Positions 26,965 to 35,844 of a DNA stretch of 53,287 nucleotides are shown here, in pieces (position 1 is the stretch's first letter; each line of letters starts with the position of its first letter). The notes under the pieces were generated by a model. It had not been told where the DNA came from. It was given only the letters and a program-made list of their open reading frames with translations, and did not search any database. The stretch is from a virus (taxonomy: Duplodnaviria > Caudoviricetes). The stretch lies in IMG/VR virus record IMGVR_UViG_3300005096_000121, positions 1-53,287 of that record; one strand, 5' to 3'. A program made the position numbers and the translations under genes.

Positions 26965-29856
26965 ATGACTCTAATCTCGATCAATGGACGGAATCTTCAA
27001 GACCCCTCTCTTCTCTTAGAGGAGTTGGACCGCGTCAACATTGATACTTCCATGTGGCGAGGTAAAGCAAACGCCTTCCACTATCGGAGAGGAACAGAAC
27101 CCTCCGTAGGCTACTTCTTGATGGCATCTAACGATGTCCCCACCACTTCGTCGTTCAGTGTCGAGGTGGATACCACCTATTCTCCTCCAGGAAAAAGCTC
27201 CAATTTTTCTGCTGAGAATGTTCTCACTATGGAAGGAATGGCTGTTGCTTATAGGACAGCAATCATTCCAGCAAAGAATAGTTCTAAAGCTATTTACTTA
27301 GTCAAAGTCATTGATCCAGTAATCAATAAATGGTCTCACACTTATGTAAGTGGTGACTACAACATACCTATCGGAACTGTGGAGGACGATTCCAATCCTG
27401 GTGATCCCACCATCACTACCTCCTACGATCCTTCCACAATCAAAGAAGGTAGTGGAAGTCAGGGGGGTGCTTACACATGGAAAGAAGTCCTTGAAGATAT
27501 CACTGGAGAAACCTTTGACGATTCTGGTGCGGACTTTGCTAATGGATCGAATGAGGAGATTAAACCGGAAGGTTTACGATTCAAAACTCACGCCTCTGGA
27601 ACCCCAGTCACAGTTAAACAGGCACTAGACGAACTTTTATTCCTCACGGGTCACACAATCATAAGGGACCCTGACAAGACACTCAAACTCATCCCCATCG
27701 ATCCATCTAACGTCGACGATCAAACACTAGACTACGAGAAACTTTATCTAAAATATGATGCTCACGAGAATCGATATGGAGTAGAAACTAAACTCCCTTC
27801 CAAAGTAAAATTTAGATTCCCTAAAATTGCAATAGGGGATGATCAGAGCAAGAAGTACACAGAGATTACTAAGACAGTCTCAGCAGATATTGCAACTGTG
27901 TCTGGAGTAGAATGGTTAGTTCAGGCTCCTTACTACGATAACGGTGATAGTCAGACAGCCAGTAATCGGAGTGCAGTAGCCAATAAACTAATTGCTAAGT
28001 ACAACAATGCTTGGAAGGGTGCCAACAAAAACTTAGTGAAGAAAGACTTCCTCACTTACATCCCTGTAAAGCCAGACAAAGCAATCTCTGAAGTGATTTG
28101 GCACTACCTAGGTGGAGAGAACGGTCCTAAGACCCACATCTCTTCTTCTCCAGGAATAGCATTCCCTGAACAGTCTCCTGAAATTATTCATCCTGAAATA
28201 ATTGCGAGAGGTATAGTTCAAAACTTAATGGATGGAGAAGATGAGAGTGGTTTATTTGAAGTTGGTGGAATCAATGTATTCAGTGGAGAACTAGAGTCTA
28301 TCACTGGTCCTGGAGAAACAATAAAGAATGTAGCTAGTGCCACTTCCACTCAAACTATTGCCGATGGTGATAGTGTCATCTTCTACTACAACAAATCCAA
28401 AGGAAGATACGAAGCATTCAAAGTATTTCAACAGACTAGCCTCATCGAATTTGGATTGTTACAGAATATGCCGAGTCAGATTGGAGATGGTCCAAAACCT
28501 AACTATTCTATGGCAGGTCGTATCATTCCTAAAGTGGATGATGACGATAATCCCGAAACAGACAGTGATGGTAATCTAGTCTTTGTTTTGGATGCTGAAC
28601 CTGACAGATCATTCTTTGTTGTCGATGTATTAAGGGCACATGTAGGTTATCCACAAACCTCAGCATACAGTTCAGCTATTCAAGCTGGCAACGATGAAGA
28701 AAAGCCCAATGATAGAGAATACCGAGGATACGCAAGATTCTTGGGTGAAGATTTTAACGGAACAGGAAAACCTGCTTATACCATTGTTTACATGGAGCAT
28801 CCAGCACGTATGCTGGTTGTGAGAACATTACAGGACAGAACAGTCTCTGGTGGTGTTATTGATCCTCCAATGGATGAGGGCATTCAGTGCAAAGTCTATG
28901 ACAGACTTGAGCAAGATATTGATGGGCCCAATCCTCTTAACTTTTCACCACAAGGATTACCAGAGCAAGGAAGACTACCCCGATCAACAGACGGGAGGAC
29001 AACACAGGGCTCTGGAGGTACTGGAGGACAGTCAGGTACTCCTTACGACTTAGAGGTGTTTGATGAAAACCTAGAAGTAGGTACTCGATGGGGAACAAAT
29101 ATCAATGAGTTGTGGTATGTAGTTTTTAACGATCAAGAAAGACGATACGAATTCCATAGTCCAGTTGTGAGACCCTATATTCGAGTCAGAGGAGAAATCG
29201 ATGGTGTACCAGACGTGGGAGGTGGTGGTAGCAGCGGTAGTAGCAGCAGTTCATTCTCAGATGTAAAGAGCACTGATGAGAGATTCGACGTATCAAAGAT
29301 AGAAGTGCTGTCTGGCGGTAATCCTATGGAGAACCTAGACAGCACTTCAGAGTCTTTAAGTGTTTCCAATGTCCACAAGAAGAGTTACAAAAAGCTGGAC
29401 ATGATCGAGTTGGAGTATGACAGGACCATTGAAGAACCTGTAGAAGCCCAATGGATACCTATAGATAGCGGAGGTGGAGATTCCATTGTTTGTGTTCTTT
29501 ACGAAGAAGTTCCAGCAGCAGAATTATCAGCATTTGAAGTGAAACCCGGAATGGGAATGGCTATCGGAACTAAGTGGAATAAGGACTCAAAGATATTCGA
29601 CGAACAAACAGACGATGATGTAGAAGTGTTTAATCTGTCACAAACTACTTACAGAGGTTCTTCCGATAATCCAGTCGCGATAGTATGTAACCTAATAGAT
29701 GAAATCTATGTTATAGCCAGTGACAAGGACCTCACTTCATTACCTGGATTTGTGGTAGGTACTGCACCAACTGGTGATACGGACTCTGATTTGCAAATAC
29801 CGTTCCACAGCGGTGGCGATGAAGACTTCAAACTCGATTCGAGGGAGTGCTCATAA
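26965..29856 (+). CDS. Large tail tip/baseplate hub-like structural protein
   Basis: 963 aa acidic G/S/D-rich; T.KQALDELL...G..I.RD.D..L.L hub-like pattern. Confidence 0.6.
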   Translation: MTLISINGRNLQDPSLLLEELDRVNIDTSMWRGKANAFHYRRGTEPSVGYFLMASNDVPTTSSFSVEVDTTYSPPGKSSNFSAENVLTMEGMAVAYRTAIIPAKNSSKAIYLVKVIDPVINKWSHTYVSGDYNIPIGTVEDDSNPGDPTITTSYDPSTIKEGSGSQGGAYTWKEVLEDITGETFDDSGADFANGSNEEIKPEGLRFKTHASGTPVTVKQALDELLFLTGHTIIRDPDKTLKLIPIDPSNVDDQTLDYEKLYLKYDAHENRYGVETKLPSKVKFRFPKIAIGDDQSKKYTEITKTVSADIATVSGVEWLVQAPYYDNGDSQTASNRSAVANKLIAKYNNAWKGANKNLVKKDFLTYIPVKPDKAISEVIWHYLGGENGPKTHISSSPGIAFPEQSPEIIHPEIIARGIVQNLMDGEDESGLFEVGGINVFSGELESITGPGETIKNVASATSTQTIADGDSVIFYYNKSKGRYEAFKVFQQTSLIEFGLLQNMPSQIGDGPKPNYSMAGRIIPKVDDDDNPETDSDGNLVFVLDAEPDRSFFVVDVLRAHVGYPQTSAYSSAIQAGNDEEKPNDREYRGYARFLGEDFNGTGKPAYTIVYMEHPARMLVVRTLQDRTVSGGVIDPPMDEGIQCKVYDRLEQDIDGPNPLNFSPQGLPEQGRLPRSTDGRTTQGSGGTGGQSGTPYDLEVFDENLEVGTRWGTNINELWYVVFNDQERRYEFHSPVVRPYIRVRGEIDGVPDVGGGGSSGSSSSSFSDVKSTDERFDVSKIEVLSGGNPMENLDSTSESLSVSNVHKKSYKKLDMIELEYDRTIEEPVEAQWIPIDSGGGDSIVCVLYEEVPAAELSAFEVKPGMGMAIGTKWNKDSKIFDEQTDDDVEVFNLSQTTYRGSSDNPVAIVCNLIDEIYVIASDKDLTSLPGFVVGTAPTGDTDSDLQIPFHSGGDEDFKLDSRECS

Positions 29857-30485
29857 TGGGACTTTTGCCGAGCAATAAACTGGTGCCTTTGCGGTCGGGG
29901 CTTGTGCCGAGTCGGGGGTGTGGGGGGTCCCCTTGCGAATGCGCAGGATTATTCCTTCTCCCCGAGACCTTGTGGATACGAGTAGTCACAGACGGGATAG
30001 CGTCAGGGACGACCCAAGATGATTCGGGCAATGATATAATACTAACAGCAACACCTAACATAATCGGAGGGGATTGGCTTGAGTTGCAGTACGTTCCCTT
30101 TTCGTCTTGTGTGTGGCGTTCACAGATACCCGTGACGATGAATAGTTACAGCTACACAATAAATGGAGCCAACGCATTTTCGCCAAACAGGACAGACACC
30201 CACGAGATATGGTTTTTCGTAGGGGGACAAAGCACTTCGACCCAGGTGCGTATCCGAAAAATCCCAAACGCCTTCGATCCAGGACAATTTACTGTCACTA
30301 GTGGAACGCCGGTGAACAGTAACCCCCTTGGCGAATCTGAGTGCAACGACGGGCTATTGGTCTTGGACGATACGGAGGGAATAATGCACTATCGATCGGA
30401 TACCTACCCACACCCAGGTCCTGGCGATACGTTTACGTTTTTTAGCTTATTGCGATTCGAGATATCGATCAATGAGCCTACGTGA
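29847..30485 (+). CDS. Probable tail-tip protein with N-terminal Cys motif (start probably ATG 29856)
   Basis: GCGGSPCECAG then beta-rich domain; TAATG coupling. Confidence 0.55.
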   Translation: MLIMGLLPSNKLVPLRSGLVPSRGCGGSPCECAGLFLLPETLWIRVVTDGIASGTTQDDSGNDIILTATPNIIGGDWLELQYVPFSSCVWRSQIPVTMNSYSYTINGANAFSPNRTDTHEIWFFVGGQSTSTQVRIRKIPNAFDPGQFTVTSGTPVNSNPLGESECNDGLLVLDDTEGIMHYRSDTYPHPGPGDTFTFFSLLRFEISINEPT

Positions 30486-31017
30486 CAAGGGACTCTGCGA
30501 ATGGGGGCAGACAGGTGCCGTCTTCACATGTGGCCGATGCGGCATAGTGAGGAATTTGAAAGTATCCCGCATGTGCGAAGGAGAGCAGTGCGACCTTATA
30601 TTTCTGCTCGAACCAGTCGTCGCATTCCCGCCCCCCGACGGCCTAGGCGACCACCTCACCGACGTTTTTGCTTCCATCGGAATCACTAAAGAAAAATACG
30701 CCGAACTGAAATCAACCTTCCTCACAAAGCGAGAAGCAAACGAAGACGGATGCAGCGGTTGCAACTGGCGGCACAAAGCGGCAAACTGGATCGGCAAGAA
30801 GATCGGACTCTCCGAAGGAAAAGGCCCCGAACTGCAAAAGCTGATCGAGCTAGAGGACCTACCACAGCAACCCGTGCATGGTTGCAGCCTCCACGGCAAG
30901 TGCCTCACGAGCTTGCAGCTACCCGACGATCAGCGAGCCATCGTAGTCGCAGCAGGCTACACACCATGCCATGGGTGCGGTGACTTTTCAGCCGAGGAAA
31001 TCAAAGCAAAGAACTAG
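30472..31017 (+). CDS. Cys-rich hypothetical protein
   Basis: CGRC, GLGD.L..VF...GI, CSGC.WR...AN, C..HG.C, CHGC motifs. Confidence 0.65.
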   Translation: MSLRDKGLCEWGQTGAVFTCGRCGIVRNLKVSRMCEGEQCDLIFLLEPVVAFPPPDGLGDHLTDVFASIGITKEKYAELKSTFLTKREANEDGCSGCNWRHKAANWIGKKIGLSEGKGPELQKLIELEDLPQQPVHGCSLHGKCLTSLQLPDDQRAIVVAAGYTPCHGCGDFSAEEIKAKN

Positions 31018-31429
31018 ACAAACAATGAATCCTAGAATAGAAAGAAAAAGCACTGGCAAGATATCAGGTATGGGAATCACCCTGTACTTTGTCTCACTCT
31101 TTGAGGCGAATGAAATACTCCCACCCAAGCAAAGAGTCACAGATGAAGTGATAGCAAAGAGAGTGGCAAAAGAATTCTCTCATAGAAAATCAGCACAAGA
31201 CTTTCTCGGAAATAAAACAAAGAAGACAGTCAACTCCTATCGCTATCGATACAATACTGGTAAGTTCACTCGTAAGTTACCCCCAGTTGAACCATCATTC
31301 CGCTACAACAAACATGGACAAGTAGTAAACTTCAAGACAGGTAACATTCTTCTCACACAACAAGAAATACAGCACATCAAAGACAAACACAAAGCACTTC
31401 GCATATCAATCTTAGAGAGCATGATCTGA
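30971..31429 (+). CDS. Basic hypothetical protein (likely start ATG 31025)
   Basis: 152 aa ORF coupled (TGATG) to next gene. Confidence 0.6.
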   Translation: MGAVTFQPRKSKQRTRQTMNPRIERKSTGKISGMGITLYFVSLFEANEILPPKQRVTDEVIAKRVAKEFSHRKSAQDFLGNKTKKTVNSYRYRYNTGKFTRKLPPVEPSFRYNKHGQVVNFKTGNILLTQQEIQHIKDKHKALRISILESMI

Positions 31430-31917
31430 TGGCTGACACATACATTCTTGCGGGAGACATGGGACTAGCTGGAGGATTAGCTTATGGCTCCATGAGGCGA
31501 GGACTTATAGCCTCAAAAGCAATAGACGTAAAGAAAGCGAGAAGGCGTCATGGAGTTGCTGGAGCCCTTAAAGTTAGCAATTCAATAACCGAACGCTTTC
31601 TTCGGAAAGCATCCCTCATAAAGCCCCGAGACAATCTAGTGTTGGTGTACGAAGAGCCAACTATGAACAGCCGGAGAGGAAACTTACTTCAATATGGATT
31701 CATCGCTGGTCTACTGACAATAACTGAGTACAAACAAGTTCTATCTATCTACCCCACATCCCTAAAGAAGTTCGCAACAGGATCGGGACGAGCAGATAAA
31801 GATGATATGATCGACGCTGCAAATAGCTGGTCTGGCCTAGACTTAGAAGACCACAACGTAGCAGATGCCATCCTAATGCTGAAATGGGGAATTGAGCAAC
31901 TAAAGAACAAAAACTAA
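31429..31917 (+). CDS. RuvC-like Holliday junction resolvase
   Basis: ILAGDMG, VYEEP, PTSLKKFATGSGRADKDDM, DHNVADAI. Confidence 0.85.
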   Translation: MADTYILAGDMGLAGGLAYGSMRRGLIASKAIDVKKARRRHGVAGALKVSNSITERFLRKASLIKPRDNLVLVYEEPTMNSRRGNLLQYGFIAGLLTITEYKQVLSIYPTSLKKFATGSGRADKDDMIDAANSWSGLDLEDHNVADAILMLKWGIEQLKNKN

Positions 31918-31944
31918 AAATAGAAATTATAGGTATATTCTCTG

Positions 31945-31972
31945 TTGACACACTAAAATCCTATGGTACACT
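31945..31972 (+). promoter_or_regulatory. Sigma70-like promoter upstream of replication operon
   Basis: TTGACA-N16-TACACT with TG extension. Confidence 0.6.
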
Positions 31973-32008
31973 CCCTAAACCAGATGAAAACCACGTAGGA
32001 GAAAAAGA

Positions 32009-32665
32009 ATGTCGAGCAGGACAATTCTTGAACAACACAAAGACAAATACTTTTCATGCTCTAGGTGCCATCTTCACCGAACTGCATTCCGCCAAGTCAT
32101 CTTTCGCGGAACCCTACCATGTGATGTCCTATTCCTAGGTGAAGCACCTGGAAACACAGAAGACACTCTAGGCACTCCATTCATCGGATCATCAGGCAAG
32201 CTCCTCGAAAAGATGATCTCTCTTTCTTCTTCTCAGGAAAAGGCAGGTTCTTACTCTTATGGAATCTCTAATGTAATCTGTTGTGTTCCTAGAGATGATG
32301 CTAACAAGCTACGTCAACCTACTGCTGAGGAAGCAAGAGAGTGCAGACCTAGACTCTTTGATCTCATAGAGAGAGCACAGCCCAAACTCATCGTTCTACT
32401 AGGGAAGGTAGCAAAGAAGTACATTCCCACACAAAATATAAATACCCCTTGTATTTTTCTTCAGCATCCTTCATACCTATTACGTAAGGGTGGGATGGAA
32501 ACTGTAGAGTTCAAAAGGAATCTTATCGATCTTATCGAAGGAGTAACTCAATATGCCCAGACGAAACAAGAATGCAAGAAGGACAAGCGGGGGAAAAGGA
32601 TCAAGAAGAAACCGTGTAAGAGAAGCTCTGATAAAGGCAGGAAAAAGAAGAAAGCTGCACAGTAA
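32009..32665 (+). CDS. udg: Uracil-DNA glycosylase family 4 (Fe-S)
   Basis: CSRCHL, LFLGEAPG..ED..G.PFIG.SGKLL, NVICC.P....R.P, HPSYLLR. Confidence 0.92.
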   Translation: MSSRTILEQHKDKYFSCSRCHLHRTAFRQVIFRGTLPCDVLFLGEAPGNTEDTLGTPFIGSSGKLLEKMISLSSSQEKAGSYSYGISNVICCVPRDDANKLRQPTAEEARECRPRLFDLIERAQPKLIVLLGKVAKKYIPTQNINTPCIFLQHPSYLLRKGGMETVEFKRNLIDLIEGVTQYAQTKQECKKDKRGKRIKKKPCKRSSDKGRKKKKAAQ

Positions 32666-33662
32666 GAAGAAACCTCTTTGGAAGATTGAAGACGGCATAA
32701 CCTTCTCTGCTCTTTCCAAGTGGTTGGAATGTAGAGAACAATTCTCCCTCTCTTACATAGACGGTCTCACTCCTAAGCGGATATCTCTTCCACTTGAGTT
32801 TGGTTCACTCATTCATCTCTGTATGGAGCACAAGCATTTTCCAGACAACAAGGACTTAACTCCACTACAACTCATCAAGAAGGTTTCGTCTTCCTACAAA
32901 AAATATCGAATCAAATCTCTAAAGAGCACTGCGGATAAGGATACTCTCGACTACCTCATCATCCTTGCTGAGATCACCTATCCAGCTTATTGCAATCATT
33001 GGAAAGAAGACGATGCAAAGATAGAATGGGTGAGTCCAGAAGAGAAGTTCAGTATCAATTACAATCTTCATACTCCCACTGGTCCGACCAATATACGTCT
33101 TCGCGGAATGAGAGATGCTCTCATACGAATCAATGGGGATTCAGGTATCTTTGAGACCAAGACCAAATCAAGAATCAATGAAGAAGAAATCCGAGATGGT
33201 CTTAAATCTGACATGCAAACTATGATATATTTATTTGCGACTTACCTAGAAACTGGAGAATTACCAAAAAAGGTACTTTACAATGTTATAAGAAGGAGTA
33301 CCATGTACAGGAGAAAGGAGGAATCAATAATCTCCTATGCAAAAAGACTGGAGGAAGACATCGACAAGAGACCTGATTTCTATTTCATGCGTTGGGAAGT
33401 TGACATTACCAAAACGGATGTAATCAATTTCAAGAGCAAAACACTAGACCCACTCTTGATCCAATTCGTAGACTGGTACAACTCAGTAAAAAAAAACATC
33501 AACGATCGGTTCCAATCACCTTGTCATTTTCAAAACTCCAACGCTTTATTCGGAAAGTACGGAAGAAGCGACATGTGGGCAGCAATGCAAGGAAACACAA
33601 GGCCCTACTCAATACGCAAGGTTCCTTTCCCAGAGTTACAAGAGTCTTTCGAGGATTCATGA
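32553..33662 (+). CDS. PD-(D/E)XK exonuclease (RecB/Cas4-like)
   Basis: TFSAL..W..C, FGSLIH..ME, RGMRD, IFETKT, Q..IY; GAAGGAG RBS before ATG 32553. Confidence 0.85.
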   Translation: MPRRNKNARRTSGGKGSRRNRVREALIKAGKRRKLHSKKKPLWKIEDGITFSALSKWLECREQFSLSYIDGLTPKRISLPLEFGSLIHLCMEHKHFPDNKDLTPLQLIKKVSSSYKKYRIKSLKSTADKDTLDYLIILAEITYPAYCNHWKEDDAKIEWVSPEEKFSINYNLHTPTGPTNIRLRGMRDALIRINGDSGIFETKTKSRINEEEIRDGLKSDMQTMIYLFATYLETGELPKKVLYNVIRRSTMYRRKEESIISYAKRLEEDIDKRPDFYFMRWEVDITKTDVINFKSKTLDPLLIQFVDWYNSVKKNINDRFQSPCHFQNSNALFGKYGRSDMWAAMQGNTRPYSIRKVPFPELQESFEDS

Positions 33663-33876
33663 CACGAAGAGATTTCTGGTCGGAACTGTAGAGGATTACA
33701 ACATGAAGCTCAAACTTAACTCTGAACTGCGACAACAATTGATACAATCAGCAATTGGATTGTTATTTATTTCGCAAATTCTAGTTATAGCAGTTTTTGT
33801 TTTAGTGTCGTCATTAGGTTTGGCTTACTTTTTGTCCGAACTAATAAAACTCGCAAACACACCATAAGGAATTGAT

Positions 33877-34803
33877 ATGCCTACTGTAAAGAAGATACGA
33901 AAGAAAAAAGGCAAGCGAAGAACAGGAAGAGTGAGAGAACTGGACGATCACTTCACTGAATCTTTAAGTCTTCCCGACTCAGACAACATTCCTACTGATA
34001 GGCTTGAAGACTCAGTCATCATGGTCTATGGAAGGAAAGCCATCGGAAAGACTTCTCTAGTCAATAACTTTGACGGTGCTCTCACTTTTATGTTTGAGCG
34101 AGCACGAAGAAATCTTTCCATCCGACAAGTTCCTCACTACACCAAATCAGACAAGAAACGTAAGTCTCTCAAGTGGGAGCAGTTCAAGGAGTACATTGAT
34201 CTTTTCATCAAATCCGATGAATATCAGATGGGAATCATCGATACTCTTGATCGATGTTACGTCGAATGTTTCCAGTACGTCTGCCACAATGCTGGGGTCA
34301 ACCATCCAGATCAGTCTTCTCGACCCTTTGAGATATGGGACGTAATCAATCAAGAATTTGAGGACACCCTATCCAAGCTGCAAGAGAGCGGAAAAGGCCT
34401 CATCTTTCTGTCCCACGAGAAGGCTAAACCCCTTGTAGTACGCTCCAAACCTCTCCGAAGAGATGATGACGATGATGAAGAGAAGAAGATAGCCCGCATG
34501 GAGCCCTCCTGTAAGCCCGCAGGGGTCCGTGCTGTTGAGGAAATCTGTGATTACGTCATATACTACTGCTTCGTGGGCAATCGCCGTGTGCTGTGCGTGA
34601 GGAGCCCCAACGAGTATGCCTGGACCGCCTGTGGATTTGATGACCATTTCCTTGATCCAGACGGAACTCCTATCGAAAGATTTGAGGCAGGAGATTCTCC
34701 CCAAAAGGCCTACCAATCTCTGATTGATGCCTACAATAACAAGCTCAGAGATATTGACTACATACCCGTTAGGAGGACCAAAAAGAAACGAAGAAAAACC
34801 TAA
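33877..34803 (+). CDS. AAA_24/Sak4-like ssDNA-annealing ATPase
   Basis: VYGRKAIGKTS Walker A, IIDTLD Walker B, IFLSHE; lies between nuclease and SSB-like gene. Confidence 0.8.
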   Translation: MPTVKKIRKKKGKRRTGRVRELDDHFTESLSLPDSDNIPTDRLEDSVIMVYGRKAIGKTSLVNNFDGALTFMFERARRNLSIRQVPHYTKSDKKRKSLKWEQFKEYIDLFIKSDEYQMGIIDTLDRCYVECFQYVCHNAGVNHPDQSSRPFEIWDVINQEFEDTLSKLQESGKGLIFLSHEKAKPLVVRSKPLRRDDDDDEEKKIARMEPSCKPAGVRAVEEICDYVIYYCFVGNRRVLCVRSPNEYAWTACGFDDHFLDPDGTPIERFEAGDSPQKAYQSLIDAYNNKLRDIDYIPVRRTKKKRRKT

Positions 34804-34872
34804 ACACCACACCACACTAAAAAGACTGAGTAGATCGTTCAATTTACAATCCGATTAAATTTCACGCATAAG

Positions 34873-35715
34873 GTGATAGTCATGGCAAAAGCAAGCAACG
34901 CATTTACAGCCGCAATGAAGAAAAAGACAAGAGTCTTTAATAAGTCTCGGAAAGCGAAACCAGGACAATTCACAATTCCCGAAATCAAAGACGGAAGTTA
35001 TGTAGCCCGTATCACTCTGACTTGTCGTGCTGTAGGTGACGAAAACAAACCTGTAGCTTCCTTTAAGTGGACAATTGCTAGGGGCAAAGAAAAGGGAGTC
35101 TCTCACAGCAAAGATATTTGGCTCACTGACAAAGACAAAGAACGAGAACAGAAGAATTTCGATGAGATGTCAAAATGTCTCCAAGTCTTAGGCTATGACA
35201 TGGATGATGTGGAGACTGACCAGTTCCTAGAGATTGCGGAAGAAGTCACAAAGGACAAACCTCTCGTGAAAATCGCTCTAGTCAATAAGACGGCAAAGAA
35301 TGGGAGTGGGAAAAAGTATTTGAACTGCCATCTGAATGAACTCCTAGACGAAGACGATGAAGAGGAGGAGAAAGCGAGTAGCGGCAAAGCCAAGAAGAAA
35401 TCTAAGGCAAAAGAAAAAGATGAAGAAGAGGATGACGAAGAAGAAGAGGAAGAGGATGATGATGACACCGACGAAGACGAGGAAGATGAAGATAGTGATG
35501 ATGATGATTCTGAAGAGGACGACTCTGACGAAGATGAAGATGAAGATGAAGATGAAGAAGTGGAACTCATTGAGAAGGGTGACTCTGTGAAGTACAAACG
35601 AAAGGTTTGTGACGTAACTTCCTCTAACAAGCGAAAAGAAATCTGTGCCCTTCGACATGAAAAGTCAGGCACAGTTTACAAGAATGTATCTTGGGATGAT
35701 GTGGTAGTACAATGA
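34873..35715 (+). CDS. Probable single-stranded DNA-binding protein with long acidic tract
   Basis: P.I.DGSYVARI OB-like N-terminus; about 60-residue D/E tract; small C-terminal domain. Confidence 0.65.
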   Translation: MIVMAKASNAFTAAMKKKTRVFNKSRKAKPGQFTIPEIKDGSYVARITLTCRAVGDENKPVASFKWTIARGKEKGVSHSKDIWLTDKDKEREQKNFDEMSKCLQVLGYDMDDVETDQFLEIAEEVTKDKPLVKIALVNKTAKNGSGKKYLNCHLNELLDEDDEEEEKASSGKAKKKSKAKEKDEEEDDEEEEEEDDDDTDEDEEDEDSDDDDSEEDDSDEDEDEDEDEEVELIEKGDSVKYKRKVCDVTSSNKRKEICALRHEKSGTVYKNVSWDDVVVQ

Positions 35716-35772
35716 GGTCCAGTCAGTTCACGGAATGAATTGTCTCTGAAAGGAATCTCCACAAACCCAAGT

Positions 35773-35812
35773 CCCCACTCTATGATCCTATCATAGAGTG
35801 GGGTTTTCTTTT
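35773..35812 (+). terminator. Intrinsic terminator
   Basis: CCCCACTCTATGA...TCATAGAGTGGGG perfect 13-bp stem followed by TTTTCTTTT. Confidence 0.85.
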
Positions 35813-35844
35813 GTAGTCCCATCTCGCACTCTTCCCTCACACAA

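Noticed and set aside
26965-31017. Diversity-generating retroelement or invertible tail cassette
   Set aside because: No reverse transcriptase or invertase, and no TR/VR repeat pair noticed
35193-35672. Poly-Ser, hydrophobic and KM-repeat ORFs overlapping the SSB-like gene
   Set aside because: Alternative-frame translations of the GAY/GAR acidic tract
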